Of a stretch of 64,000 nt of DNA, positions 27,101-42,100 are shown one piece after another (the stretch's first letter is position 1; every line of letters starts with the position of its first letter). This stretch comes from Haliotis rufescens (Eukaryota). The translations under genes and the position numbers were made by a program. The DNA is taken from assembly GCF_023055435.1 (NCBI RefSeq), contig NW_025963779.1:84134001-84198000 (forward strand). Reading direction: 5' to 3'. The notes beneath the pieces were generated by a model that made no database searches, was not told the origin of the DNA, and saw nothing but the letters and a program-made list of their open reading frames with translations.

Positions 27101-30100
27101 ACAACTCAATGTGTGTATAGCCTATCGGGATGATAACTGAGTGATGTGACACCCGTTTCAATATTTCATAAAAACATAATGTTTTGGCAATGATTCCGTG
27201 AGAATTACAGAAAGTCCTAATGAAATACCTGGCCACACTGTTCAACTGGACCCTGATGTTCACACAACATTGTCAGATACTTCCAACAGCCCAGTATTAT
27301 TGTGAGGTTCTGCAGGACATGACCCATTACAGTGTTACAGTGTTAACAGCAGATCCAGTAGGATGCCATGACAAGCAGCTCATCAGCCATCTTCCCAAGG
27401 CAAGGGAGTTAACGGACAAAATCCAGTTTCAACCCTTGCCGAATTTCATGGCTCCATCGTAGCACCATTGGCTCTTACGAGTTATGTCCCTTCCATTGAC
27501 CAGTCAGATATTCCACGTCTCATCATTTGCATTTGCAAGTTACAGTTTGGCTGACCTAATGAGTCCTAGCATCATCCAATCAAAAGCACATAACAAATCG
27601 CCATCCAGTTCGTAAACAACATGATGACTGCCAGGCAGATTTCAGTTGATTGCATGATTTGCAAAGCATGTGTACCACCAAACGGCATCAACAGAATATA
27701 TCAAATCTGTTCATGCTTTTAATGACCCATTTTACTACATTATAGAACTTGATTATCGATCAAATAATCTTGACTGGGCATCACCATTTTGTCTGAAGCA
27801 AACCTATCCGTGACAACCTACTGTATTCAATGACAACAGAAGGAAACACACCTCTGTGATGTCCTGAGGGTTGCCTTCGTTGTCCAGCGGGTCTCCGTAA
27901 GATTTCCCACCTATAGATGCCTTGTTGAATGTCATGATGTTCTGAAATTAAACAACCAAATGTGAGTCATGTGAGTCACACGTCTTCACCACCTAGGTGA
28001 TTGAGCAAGTGAGTTATATATCTTCTCAGCAAGGTGAGTGAGTGAGTTATACATCATGCCTATGTTAACAATCTTCATACTATACTCACTGGTTAATAAT
28101 TTTCATGCCATATGCACTGGTTAATAATAACTGGTGAGTTAAACATCATGCATATGTTAATAATGTTCATACTACACACATATAGTAATAATGTTCATAC
28201 TACACACATATAGTAATAATGTTCATACAACACTCACTGGTTCATAATCTTCACACAACTTGCATTTGTTAATAATATTCCAGCTATATGTCGGCGGTCC
28301 AGACAATCCAGTGATTGATATCATGTGCATCGATCCACGCAATTGGGATTGATGACATGCATCAACCAAGTCATGAGTCTGTTAATAATCTTCATGTACC
28401 ACTATTGTAAAACAAAGTCTTTCGACATGGACGGCTTGGTGAGGGGCCACTACACCACACCATAACTAGGCGTTCTCAAAGGTGAGATGAGGTGAGGTGA
28501 AATGGGGTTTAACGTCGCGTCCAAGATTATTGCNNNNNNNNNNNNNNNNNNNNNNNNNNNNNNNNNNNNNNNNNNNNNNNNNNNNNNNNNNNNNNNNNNN
28601 NNNNNNNNNNNNNNNNNNNNNNNNNNNNNNNNNNNNNNNNNNNNNNNNNNNNNNNNNNNNNNNNNNNTAGTCTGGACTGATGCCGATTAATAGTGCTAGC
28701 CCACTGAGATACCATGCCGCAGTTTAACATGAATACCCCACTCAGACACAGTATACTGACTCTGAGCCGACCAGTCCTTGTTTTAGCCCCTTAACCCTAA
28801 GCGCCAGACAGGGTAACAACAAGTACCATCTTTTAACGTCTTTTGGTATGACGCGGCCGGGGATCGAACCCCGGACCTTCTACTCTCCAGGTGGACGCTC
28901 TACCACAAGACCACAGAGGCGGTTGGTGTTCTCAAAGACCTTTCCTTTCCCAGTGTAGTTTTCAGTCTTGACCAAACATTCATGAATAATTATTGTATTT
29001 ATCATAATGCATTAAATAGTATTTCAAGTACTTATTTTTAATTAATGTAATATGGTGACTTTAATTAATTTCAACATCCTTTCTAATACTTTGAAATCAC
29101 TAGGCAGCGTCGCAAACTCAACAACACACCTGTGTGAGAGTTCCTGTCTTGTCAGAAAAAATGTATTCAATCTGTCCTAGCTCCTCATTAAGGGTTGTGG
29201 TCCGAGCTTTGGCAGGGGTGTCCTTCTTGTCAAAGTACATCTTGACATCCCAGTTGATCCACAAGCTGTTGACTAGCCGGATTATCTCCACACTGTAAGC
29301 AGGCATTAACACAATCAGTGAGGTTTTCTGTAAATTGAAACATTAACTATATTTGGACACTAAAGCCTGGCATATGTAGTGAACTGTGTACTGCTTCCAG
29401 GTGGACGATGTCCTCAACACTGATGATGGGGACACACTACTCATCTGACATACAGGGAGATGGGGACACACTACTCACCTGACATACAGGGAGATGGGGA
29501 CACACTACTCACCTGACATACAGGGAGATGTGGACACAAAACTCACCTGACATACAGGGGGATTGGGACACACTACTCACCTGACATACAGGGGGATTGG
29601 GACACACTACTCACCTGACATACAGGGGGATTGGGACACACTACTCACCTGACATACAGGGAGATGGGTACACACTACTCACCTGACATACAGGGAGATG
29701 GGTACACACTACTCACCTGACATACAGGGAGATGGGTACACACTACTCATCTGACATACAGGGAGATTGGGACACACTACTCACCTGACATACAGGGGGA
29801 TTGGGACACACTACTCACCTGACATACAGGGGGATTGGGACACACTACTCACCTGACATACAGGGGGATTGGGACACACTACTCACCTGACATACAGGGG
29901 GATTGGGACACACTACTCACCTGACATACAGGGGGATTGGGACACACTACTCACCTGACATACAGGGAGATGGGTACACACTACTCACCTGACATACAGG
30001 GAGATGGGTACACACTACTCACCTGACATACAGGGAGATCGGTACACACTACTCATCTGACATACAGGGAGATTGGGACACACTACTCACCTGACATACA

Positions 30101-33100
30101 GGGAGATGGGTACACACTACTCACCTGACATACAGGGAGATGGGTACACACTACTCACCTGACATACAGGGAGATGGGTACACACTACTCATCTGACATA
30201 CAGGGAGATGGGGACACACTACTCACCTGACATACAGGGAGATGGGGACACACTACTCACCTGACACATAGGGAGATGGGTACACACTACTCACCTGACA
30301 TACAGGGAGATGTGGACACATTACTCATCTAACATACAGGGAGATGGGTACACACTGCTCATCTGACATACAGGGAGATGGGGACACACTACTCACCTGA
30401 CATACAGGGAGATGGGTACATACTACTCACCTGACATACAGGGAGATGGGTACACACTACTCACCTGACATACAGGGAGATGGGTACACACTACTCATCT
30501 GACATACAGGGAGATGGGGACACATTACTCATCTAACATACAGGGAGATGGGGACACACTACTCATCTGACATACAGGGAGATGTGGACACATTACTCAT
30601 CTAACATACAGGGAGATGGGTACATACTACTCACCTGACATACAGGGAGATGGGGACACACTACTCACCTGACATACAGGGAGATGGGTACATACTACTC
30701 ACCTGACATACAGGGAGATGGGTACACACTACTCACCTGACATACAGGGAGATGGGTACACACTACTCATCTGACATACAGGGAGATGGGGACACACTAC
30801 TCACCTGACATACAGGGAGATGTGGACACATTACTCATCTAACATACAGGGAGATGGGGACACACTACTCATTTGACATACAGGGAGATGGGGACACACT
30901 ACTCATCTCATATACAGGGAGATGGGTACACACTACTCACCTGACATACAGGGAAATGGGTACACACTACTCACCTGACATACAGGGAGATGGGTACATA
31001 CTACTCACCTGACATACAGGGAGATGTGGACACATTACTCACCTGACATACAGGGAGATGGGTACACACTACTCACCTGACTTACAGGGAGATGTGGACA
31101 CATTACTCATCTAACATACAGGGAGATGGGGACACACTACTCACCTGACATACAGGGAGATGGGTACACACTACTCATTTGACATACAGGGGAGTTGGGG
31201 ACACACTACTCATCTCACATACAGGGAGATGGGTACACACTACTCACCTGACATACAGGGAGATGGGTACACACTACTCATCTGACATACAGGGAGATGG
31301 GGACACACTACTCACCTGACATACAGGGAGATGGGGACACACTACTCACCTGACATACAGGGAGATGGGTACACACTACTCACCTGACATACAGGGAGAT
31401 GGGGACACACTACTCACCTCACATACAGGGAGATGGGGACACACTACTCACCTCACATATAGGGAGATGGGGACACATTACTCACCTGACATACAGGGAG
31501 ATGGGGACACACTACTCACCTCACATATAGGGAGATGGGGACACACTAATCATCTGACATACAGGGAGATGGGGACACACTACTCACCTGACATACAGGG
31601 AGATGGGGACACACTACTCACCTGACATACAGGGAGATGGGTACACACTACTCATTTGACATACAGGGAGATGGGGACACACTACTCACCTGACATACAG
31701 GGAGATGGGGACACACTACTCACCTGACATACAGGGAGATGGGGACACACTACTCACCTGACATACAGGGAGATGGGGACACACTACTCACCTGACACAT
31801 AGGGAGATGGGTACACACTACTCATCTGACATACAGGGAGATGGGGACACACTACTCACCTGACATACAGGGAGATGGGGACACACTACTCACCTGACAT
31901 ACAGGGAGATGGGTACACACTACTCATTTGACATACAGGGGAGTTGGGGACACACTACTCACCTGACATACAGGGAGAGGGGTACACACTACTCACCTGA
32001 CATACAGGGAGATGGGGACACACTACTCACCTGACATACAGGGAGATGTGGACACAAAACTCACCTGACATACAGGGAGATGGGTACACACTAATCACCT
32101 GACATACAGGGAGATGGGTACACACTACTCACCTGACATACAGGGAGATGGGGACACACTACTCACCTGACATACAGGGAGATGTGGACACAAAACTCAC
32201 CTGACATACAGGGAGATGGGGACACACTACTCACCTGACACATAGGGAGATGGGGACACACTACTCACCTGACATACAGGGAGATGGGGACACACTACTC
32301 ACCTGACATACAGGGAGATGTGGACACAAAACTCACCTGACATACAGGGAGATGGGGACACACTACTCACCTGACACATAGGGAGATGGGGACACACTAC
32401 TCACCTGACACATAGGGAGATGGGGACACACTACTCACCTGACACATAGGGAGATGGGGACACACTACTCATTTGACATACAGGGAGATGGGGACACACT
32501 ACTCATTTGACATACAGGGAGATGGGTACACACTACTCATCTGACATACAGGGAGATGGGGACACACTACTCACCTCACATATAGGGAGATGGGGACACA
32601 CTACTCATTTGACATACAGGGAGATGGGGACACACTACTCACCTGACATACAGGGAGATGGGGACACACTACTCACCTGACATACAGGGAGATGGGGACA
32701 CACTACTCACCTGACATACAGGGAGATGGGGACACACTACTCACCTGACATACAGGGAGATGGGGACACACTACTCATCTGACATACAGGGAGATGGGGA
32801 CACACTACTCATCTGACATACAGGGAGATGGGGACACACTACTCACCTGACATATAGGGAGATGGGGACACACTACTCACCTGACATACAGGGAGATGGG
32901 GACACACTACTCACCTGACATACAGGGAGATGGGGACACACTACTCACCTGACATACAGGGAGATGGGGACACACTACTCACCTGACATACAGGGAGATG
33001 GGGACACACTACTCATCTGACATACAGGGAGATGGGGACACACTACTCACCTGACATACAGGGAGATGGGGACACACTAATCATCTGACATACAGGGAGA

Positions 33101-36100
33101 TGGGGACACACTACTCACCTGACATACAGGGAGATGGGGACACACTACTCACCTCACATACAGGGAGATGGGGACACACTACTCACCTGACATACAGGGA
33201 GATGGGGACACACTACTCACCTGACATACAGGGAGATGGGGACACACTACTCACCTGACATACAGGGAGATGGGGACACACTACTCATCTGACATACAGG
33301 GAGATGGGGACACACTACTCACCTGACATACAGGGAGATGGGGACACACTAATCATCTGACATACAGGGAGATGGGGACACACTACTCACCTGACATACA
33401 GGGAGATGGGGACACACTACTCACCTGACATACAGGGAGATGGGGACACACTACTCACCTGACATACAGGGAGATGGGGACACACTACTCACCTCACATA
33501 CAGGGAGATGGGGACACACTACTCACCTCACATACAGGGAGATGGGGACACACTACTCACCTCACATATAGGGAGATGGGGACACATTACTCACCTGACA
33601 TACAGGGAGATGGGGACACACTAATCATCTGACATACAGGGAGATGGGGACACACTACTCACCTGACATACAGGGAGATGGGGACACACTACTCACCTGA
33701 CATACAGGGAGATGGGGACACACTAATCATCTGACATACAGGGAGATGGGGACACACTACTCACCTGACATACAGGGAGATGGGGACACACTACTCACCT
33801 GACATACAGGGAGATGGGGACACACTACTCACCTGACATACAGGGAGATGGGGACACACTACTCACCTGACATACAGGGAGATGGGGACACACTACTCAC
33901 CTCACATACAGGGAGATGGGGACACACTACTCACCTCACATACAGGGAGATGGGGACACACTACTCATTTGACATACAGGGAGATGGGTACACACTACTC
34001 ATTTGACATACAGGGAGATGGGTACACACTACTCATCTGACATACAGGGAGATGGGGACACACTACTCACCTGACATACAGGGAGATGGGGACACACTAA
34101 TCATCTGACATACAGGGAGATGGGGACACACTACTCACCTGACATACAGGGAGATGGGGACACACTACTCACCTGACATACAGGGAGATGGGGACACACT
34201 ACTCACCTGACATACAGGGAGATGGGGACACACTACTCACCTGACATACAGGGAGATGGGGACACACTACTCACCTCACATACAGGGAGATGGGGACACA
34301 CTACTCACCTCACATACAGGGAGATGGGGACACACTACTCATTTGACATACAGGGAGATGGGTACACACTACTCATTTGACATACAGGGAGATGGGTACA
34401 CACTACTCACCTGACATACAGGGAGATGGGGACACACTACTCACCTGACATACAGGGAGATGGGGACACACTACTCATCTAACATACAGGGAGATGGGGA
34501 CACACTACTCACCTCACATATAGGGAGATGGGGACACATTACTCACCTGACATACAGGGAGATGGGTACGACAGTGTTGAGGATGATGAGGTAAGATAGA
34601 AACACCAGCACAGCAATTGTTGCAGCACCCTGCTCCTTGTCGTCATTCACAAAGGTCTCCCATGGCAGATACAATTGGAAGTCAAAGCCGACCACGCTCT
34701 CCCAGACACCACAAGCAATGGTGGTCACGAGGCACATGGTCAAGAGGAACAGGAATATCTGAAAGGAATAGGTCATACTGTCAGTACAGGACACTTTCCT
34801 ACAGTGTATTCCTGGTCCTTGCTTAAAGTGTTATAGGTCCCTGCATAAAGGGTTATAGGTGCCTGCTTAAAGTGTTATAGGTCCCTGCTTGAAGTGTTAC
34901 AGGTCCCTGCTCAAAGTGTTATAGGTCCCTGCTCAAAGTGTTATAGGTCCCTGCTCAAAGTGTTATAGGACCCTGCTCAAAGTGTTACAGGTCCCTGCTC
35001 AAAGTGTTACAGGTCCCTGCTCAAAGTGATATAGGTCCCTGCTTGAAGTGTTATAGGTCCCTGCTTGAAGTGTTACAGGTCCCTGCTTGAAGTGTTACAG
35101 GTCCCTGCTTGAAGTGTTACAGGTCCTTGCTTAAAGTGTTACAGGTCCTTGCTTAAAGTGTTACAGGTCCTTGCTTAAAGTGTTACAGGTCCTTGCTTAA
35201 AGTGTTACAGCTCCCTGCTTTAAGTGTTATAGGTCCCTGCTTGAAGTGTTATAGGTCCCTGCTTAAAGTGTTACAGGACCCTGCTCACAGTGTTACAGTG
35301 AGTGAGTGAGTGAGTGAGTGAGTGAGTGAGTGAGTATGGTTTTACGCCGCTTTTAGCAATATTCCAGCAATATCACGGCGGGGGACACCAGAAATGGGCT
35401 TCACACATTGTACCCATGTCGGGAATCGAACCCGGGTCTTCAGCGTGACGAGCGAACGCTTTAACCACTAGGCTACCCGACCGCCCACACAGCGTTACAG
35501 GTCCCAGCTTGAAGTGTTATAAGTCCCTGCTTAAAGTGGGACAGGTCCTTGCTTAAAGTGTTACAGCTCCCTGCTTTAAGTGTTATAGGTCCCTGCTTGA
35601 AGTGTTACAGGTCCTTGCTTGAATTGTTACAGGTCCTTGCTTAAAGTGTTACACGACCCTGCTCACAGTGTTGTAGGTCCTTGCTTAAAGTGTTACAGCT
35701 CCCTGCTTGAAGTGTTACAGCTCCCTGCTTGAAGTGTTACAGGTCCCTGCTTGAAGTGTTACAGGTCCCTGCTTGAAGTGTTACAGGTCCCTGCTTGAAG
35801 TGTTATAGGTCCCTGCTTGAAGTGTTATAGGTCCTTGCTTAAAGTGTTACAGCTCCCTGCTTGAAGTGTTACAGGTCCCTGCTTGAAGTGTTATAGGTCC
35901 TTGCTTAAAGTGTTACAGCTCCCTGCTTGAAGTGTTACAGCTCCCTGCTTGAAGTGTTACAGCTCCCTGCTTGAAGTGTTATAGGTCCCTGCTTGAAGTG
36001 TTACAGGTCCCTGCTTAAAGTGTTACAGGTCCTTGCTTAAAGTGTTACAGGTCCTTGCTTAAAGTGTCACAGCTCCCTGCTTAAAGTGTCATAGGTCCCT

Positions 36101-39100
36101 GCTTGAAGTGTTATAGGTCCCTGCTTGAAGTGTTACAGGTCCTTGTTTTAAGTGTTATAAGTCCTTGCTTAAAGTGTTATAGGTCCTTGCTTAAAGTGTT
36201 ACAGGTCCTTGCTTAAAGTGTCATAGGTCCCTGCTCAAAGTGTTATAGGTCCTTGCTTCAAGTGTTATAGGTCCCTGTTAAAGTGTTATAGGTGCCTACT
36301 CAAAGTGTTATAGGTCCTTGCTTAAAGTGGTATAGGTCCCTGCTTAAAGTGTTATAGGTGCCTACTCAAAGTGTTATAGGTCCTTGCTTAAAGTTACATA
36401 GGTCCCTGCTCAAAGTGTTACAGGTCCTTGCTCAATGTGTTATAGGTCCCTGCATAAAGTGTTATAGGTGCCTACTCAAAGTGTTATAGGTCCTTGCTTA
36501 AAGTGGTATAGGTCCCTGCTTAAAGTGTTATAGGTGCCTACTCAAAGTGTTATAGGTCCTTGCTTAAAGTTACATAGGTCCCTGCTCAAAGTGTTACAGG
36601 TCCTTGCTCAATGTGTTATAGGTCCCTGCATAAAGTGTTATAGGTGCCTACTCAAAGTGTTATAGGTCCTTGCTTAAAGTGTTATAGGTCCTTGCTTAAA
36701 GTGTTATAGGACCCTGCTCACAGTGTCACAGGTCCCTGCTTAAAGTGTTACAGGTCCTTGCTTAAAGTGTTATAGGTCCCTGCTCACAGTTTTACAGGTC
36801 CCTGCTTAAAGTGTTATAGGTCCCTGTTTAAAGTGTTACAGGTCCTTGCTTAAAGTGTCACAGGTCCCTGCTCACAGTGTTACAGGTCCCTGCTTAAAGT
36901 GTTATAGGTCCTTGCTTAAAGTGTTACAGGTCCTTGCTCAAAGTGTTATAATCACTATCATGGGTCTGTAGTGCTTAGACTGTTCATTTAAGAATTGACT
37001 TTCACTTCATATGGCAACATTAGGTATGAACCTTCATAGAGTGAGGGCCAAACTTGCAGAGGGCCAGAGCTTGCCGATCATTGAAAGGTGATGATTATAA
37101 TGATACCGTATTCGACGTAATAAGCGCCCGTGGCGCTCTCAAAATAAGAAATAAGGACTCTTATTAGAAAATAATTATGGTGAGAAAAAAACCAGAGTTG
37201 AAAGATTGTAAAGTTTGTTGTTTAGGCTGACAGCCTGAAATGATACAAAAGAAAAGTATGTGCGTATCATACATGACAGATATATTTTCCAGAATTTAAT
37301 TGCCCATAATTAAGGGTGCATATAACACACAAGTGCGTATTATACACAAATAAAAAAGTCTTGTGTACATTGATCAATCGGAAGGTGTGCTAATTGGGAT
37401 TGTTCACTTGCCACTAGCAAATATCGCCGTGGGCGCTTATTAGAGAGGGGCGCTTATTACGTCAAATAAGGTATGTCAAATTGGTACTGAGATAAATTCT
37501 TAGATAGGTGTGGGTTGTCACTGTCAGTCTATGCACAAATCGAGTCAATAGTTTGGGAGTGCATTTCGTTGTTTTGGGCACTAAGATGGGTCTTAGTGAG
37601 GATACTCATGCATGGGCACTATCAGACTTTTCCCAATGTTTGCTAAAATACTTAGTTTAAGATTAAAGGATCTAAAATACCAAAAACAGCACTTCTGTAG
37701 CTATTCATGCTGGGGAATAGGCTATTTATAATGCGCATATTTCCACACAACTGAAGGGAATGCTCAAAGCGTTATTACCCCGGTCACTGGATCAATGTGC
37801 ACTCAAGAATCATTCTCAGCTCCATGGGGAGTATACAACCCAGGCTGCCTGTTTGCCTCTAGAAGGTTTACAACCTCATTGCCATCTCATCCATACCAGC
37901 ATGCCCACCCAAACCCAACACAAGTCAGCCCCATGCAAGCATGGTTGCCGTAAAAGACGACTATGCTTGTCGTAAGAGGCGACTAACATGATCGGGTGGT
38001 GAGGCTCGCTGACTTGATTGATGCATGTCATCGTATCCCAATTGCGTGGATAGATGTTCATGATGTCAATCACTGGATCGTCTTGTCGAGGCTTGATTAT
38101 TTACAGACCACCATCATATAGCTGGAATATTGCTGTGTGCAGCGTTCAACAACAAACAAACAAAGCAAGCATGACGTAACAATGTCCTGTTGCCACAACA
38201 TGCTACAGGCTACAACTCACTCCAACAATGAGGATATTCATGAGTCGGTCGATGTGGGTTCTCTTGAACACTGTCTTGCCGCTGTTCATCATGAGCTTTG
38301 AGTCATGTCCGGCGAAGACGACGAGTCCGTAGCACCACTGGGTGTTCCGCAAGACACATCCCCTCAGCACCACCTTGTCGTTGTCCAGGGAGTAGGTCTC
38401 TCCCTTCCACGTCAACTTGCCCTCAAACTTGCTCAGGCGGATGTTCGGAGCTTCACAGATTATCTCCGCTGTAAAGTGACAAAGCAGGACATTTCAGACA
38501 TTGAAAGTTCCAACATTTCGACACGTCTTTATTATTCACTTTTGCATGTCATTGTTTTTACCAAACAATTGATGAGTCGAGAAACTGAATTGCTCATCTA
38601 AACCATGAAACATTCAGGTGGATTTATGTTATTATATACTATCTATGAAAGCCTTTTTCATGATCCTCGACATACTAAGGCATCATATCCCGTTCTATTG
38701 AGATAAATACCCAGGACCCATTCACCACAAAAGCTTTGTTTCGTTTTGTTCAACCATTTCCATCTCGGTTTTTCTCGGTCCTGAGTCCAATCTGATTGCA
38801 TGCCTTATTTTAAATCAGTGTCTTGTGAAACTAAGCGAATGGGTGCAGCGTATTTATCCTAACAGAATGGAGGAATAACATTCTGAATAATTAAGGATGT
38901 GAGGTGGGGTGAAATTGGGTTTAACGTCGCATCCAAGATTATTGCACTTATATAGCGACGTGCATGCACGTGTGTAATTAAGGATGTGGACAAGTGAGTG
39001 AATTTCTTTTTATACCACAGTGGCCATTAAATGAGGATACCAGTAGGTGGTAGCATGGAGAAAATAGCCACGCCATCAGCTCACAATGACACAGGAGGAA

Positions 39101-42100
39101 CCAGGTTATTAGTATCTTACCATTAAAGCTGCATAGGACTCAGTTAACATGAGCTACCTAATTTCATCACTGACAAAAACTCCCTCTATTTCAAACAGAT
39201 CTTAATTAACTAACATTATCATCGAAATTAATCTAAAAATATATTTATTTAAAAAAACTATGACAAAACAAAACTGTCACCTTTCCTGATCAGAACTGTG
39301 ATATATATTCAAAGTAAGAAATGATTTTTTCAGTTGACAGAAAAATAGTTAAAATCTGTGATTTGAAATCATGTGCATAAATCATTCATGACTGACAAAT
39401 GACCTATAAAATCTGAAACCTTAAATCAATATAACAGTAGCCACAGATGTTTATCCTGTGTGATGGACTGACGTCAGGTGGAGAGCGACGTCCCCAACAT
39501 CAATCTCAACAGCTGGCCCTATAGTTGATCTGATCGGTCTACAGTCGACACTCTTCAACTGATTCAGATAATCAATGACTACGATGAACTGATTCATCCA
39601 GAATTCAACAACAGTGACTATACACTGTAATAAACAGGTGATCTGCCTGCGAGTCTCAGATGGGAGATGACTTTGATGTTCTTCATGCCACAGGCAAACC
39701 AGTACTTCCAAACCAAAGTAACAATCCACACTGTCAGGTGTGATGATACAGCCATTTTGGCCTCCCAATACTCACAAACTTTTGGTTTGTTGGTTAACGC
39801 CTCAAAGAGCACTATTCCAGCTATATGACGGCGTTTTGTAAATAACTGAGTCTGGACCAGACAATCCAGTGATTGACATCATCAGCATCTATCACAATTG
39901 GGATATGATGATATGCATCAACTAAGTCAGCGAACCTGAGCACCGATCCCGTTAGTTGCCTCTTACGACAAGCACAGTTGCCTTTTACAGCAAGCATGGG
40001 TTGCTGAAGACCTATTCTACCCCAGATCTTCACAGGTAGTAATCTATTCGGATCCAAGTTAAATAACAAGAAACATGTGATAGGACAGGTTGGAAAATCA
40101 GGAGGTTGGTTAGGGGTAGGCTGCATAATATGAAACAATTGAGGGGGGCGGGATCGTGGGCAATGTGAGAGAGGGGATGTCACAGGAGACGCTAAAGGAT
40201 GGGGGTGGATATTAGGGTGGGGCATAGATATGAGAGAGGAAGGGGACCACAAGGCTGTGACTACTGACCATTAAACTGTGACATCTTTGGATGATCGTCT
40301 CCAATGACCGCAGTCTCTGGCAAGGCCTGTTTCACCTTAAGATTGGTCTCCCTGTAAAACCACAAACACAAATAATACAAAGGTACTGAAGCTCACCTGT
40401 ACCAGATAATGCAGGAGCATTGGGTTATGTTACCAAAGCAACACGGCTACAATTCAACAAGCAAGACAATGCAATTAGTTTCAATTATTTCTACTGATAT
40501 CATATCTATTGACTATCACATCCTGATTTACCTGTCACATTGGCTGCCAAGTGCTAAGAATATCTTAAACACTCACTGATATTTAAAGATTTATACTGTC
40601 CAATATGGATTAAGGATCTCACAGATAAACAGATAATCAGCCTAACCAAATGGTATTCATTGAGTGAGTTTTGTGTAACCATAGTCAACAATACTTTAGC
40701 CATATGTTAACTGAAAATAGAATCTGGTTAATATTTGAGAATGCTGACAAGAAGTAGATGCCATACAGTACTTGATCCTGAACACTTTCTGAATTTCAAT
40801 GCAGGATGAATAGGACAGAACATGCTGTCAATATATAAAAAGCCACTATTAATAAAGAAATTATTCCCCGTGAATTGGAATCCACATTTCCACAATGCTG
40901 TATCGAGCATGAAGACAGTAGCCTTCATGTACACATTCCTGATCGGTGCAGGCAGAAATCTTTAATTTTCAAAGTGAACCCCCAACATTGCGGTAGATTT
41001 ACTAAACATCCTCTCATCAATACCAAGCAATAACTTCAGTGGTTTCCGAGACTTTACTTTTCAGTCTTTGAAATTAAAACTCTAGATGTAGTTGGAGCGG
41101 TCGGGCAGGCTAGTGGTTAAAGCGTTCGCTCGTCACGCTGAAGACCCAGGTTCGATTCCCGACATGGGTACAATGTGTGAAGCCCGTTTTCTGGTGTCCT
41201 CCGACGTGATATTGCTGGAATATTGCTAAAAGCAGCGTAAAACTATACTCACTCACTCACTCACTCACTCACTCACTCACTCACTAGATGTAATTTGTTA
41301 TTTTGTTTAACGCCTCACTCAGCAATATTCCAGCTATATGGAATGTAAATAATCAAGTCTGAACCAGACAATCCAGTGATCGACATCATGAGCATTAATC
41401 CACACAATTAGGATATGATGACATGCATCAACCAAGACAGCAAGCTTAACCAACAGATCCCGTTAGTCACCTTTTACGACAAGCATAGTCGCCTTATACG
41501 GCAAGAATGGGTTGATGAAGAACTATTCTACCCCGTATCTTCACGGGTCTCTAGATTGAGGGATATATAGAGCCAGTATATTGATGTTGATGTTTTTGGT
41601 AGTCTGGTGCTAACAGAAGAACATATATTCAAGGAAGGACAAAACTCCCACGACATAGTGGCAGGCAGAAATAACAGTAATAGATAGAGGGATGAGCCCC
41701 AGGTGTCAGACACAGCACCTCAATGGATGTGTTTCATCCTACTACAGTCAGTATCTACAACAGCTTACCCATCCAACTCGGCAGTCTCAATGTAGCATAA
41801 ACTGTTGGGTTCACTGGTGGACAGCAGCATGAAGTCAGCCTGAAACACATGGAGACACAACATCAGCACCTTCACTGACCACGGGGCAGATCCAGGAGTG
41901 TACTATGTGAAGAATAAAGCACGACTCCTCGGTTATGGTCGAGGAAGTAAGACCAAGGCAAGAGGGTATCTCAGCCACACATTGCTAAAACTGTCTAAAT
42001 GCAAGAAGTAACAGAAAAAATAAGAAAACATCGATATATATTATAGCGAAACAATGCAGTGTGTTGAGGTATAAAAGAAATGCGATCAAATCGTGCGAGA

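Noticed and set aside
18354-34566. Regular arrays as possible CRISPR loci
   Set aside because: Units are head-to-tail without unique spacers, there are no cas genes, and the context is eukaryotic introns.
513-41284. tRNA genes at A/B-box sequences
   Set aside because: They are SINE heads: each is followed by a shared body, a microsatellite tail and often a TSD, and I could not fold a complete cloverleaf.
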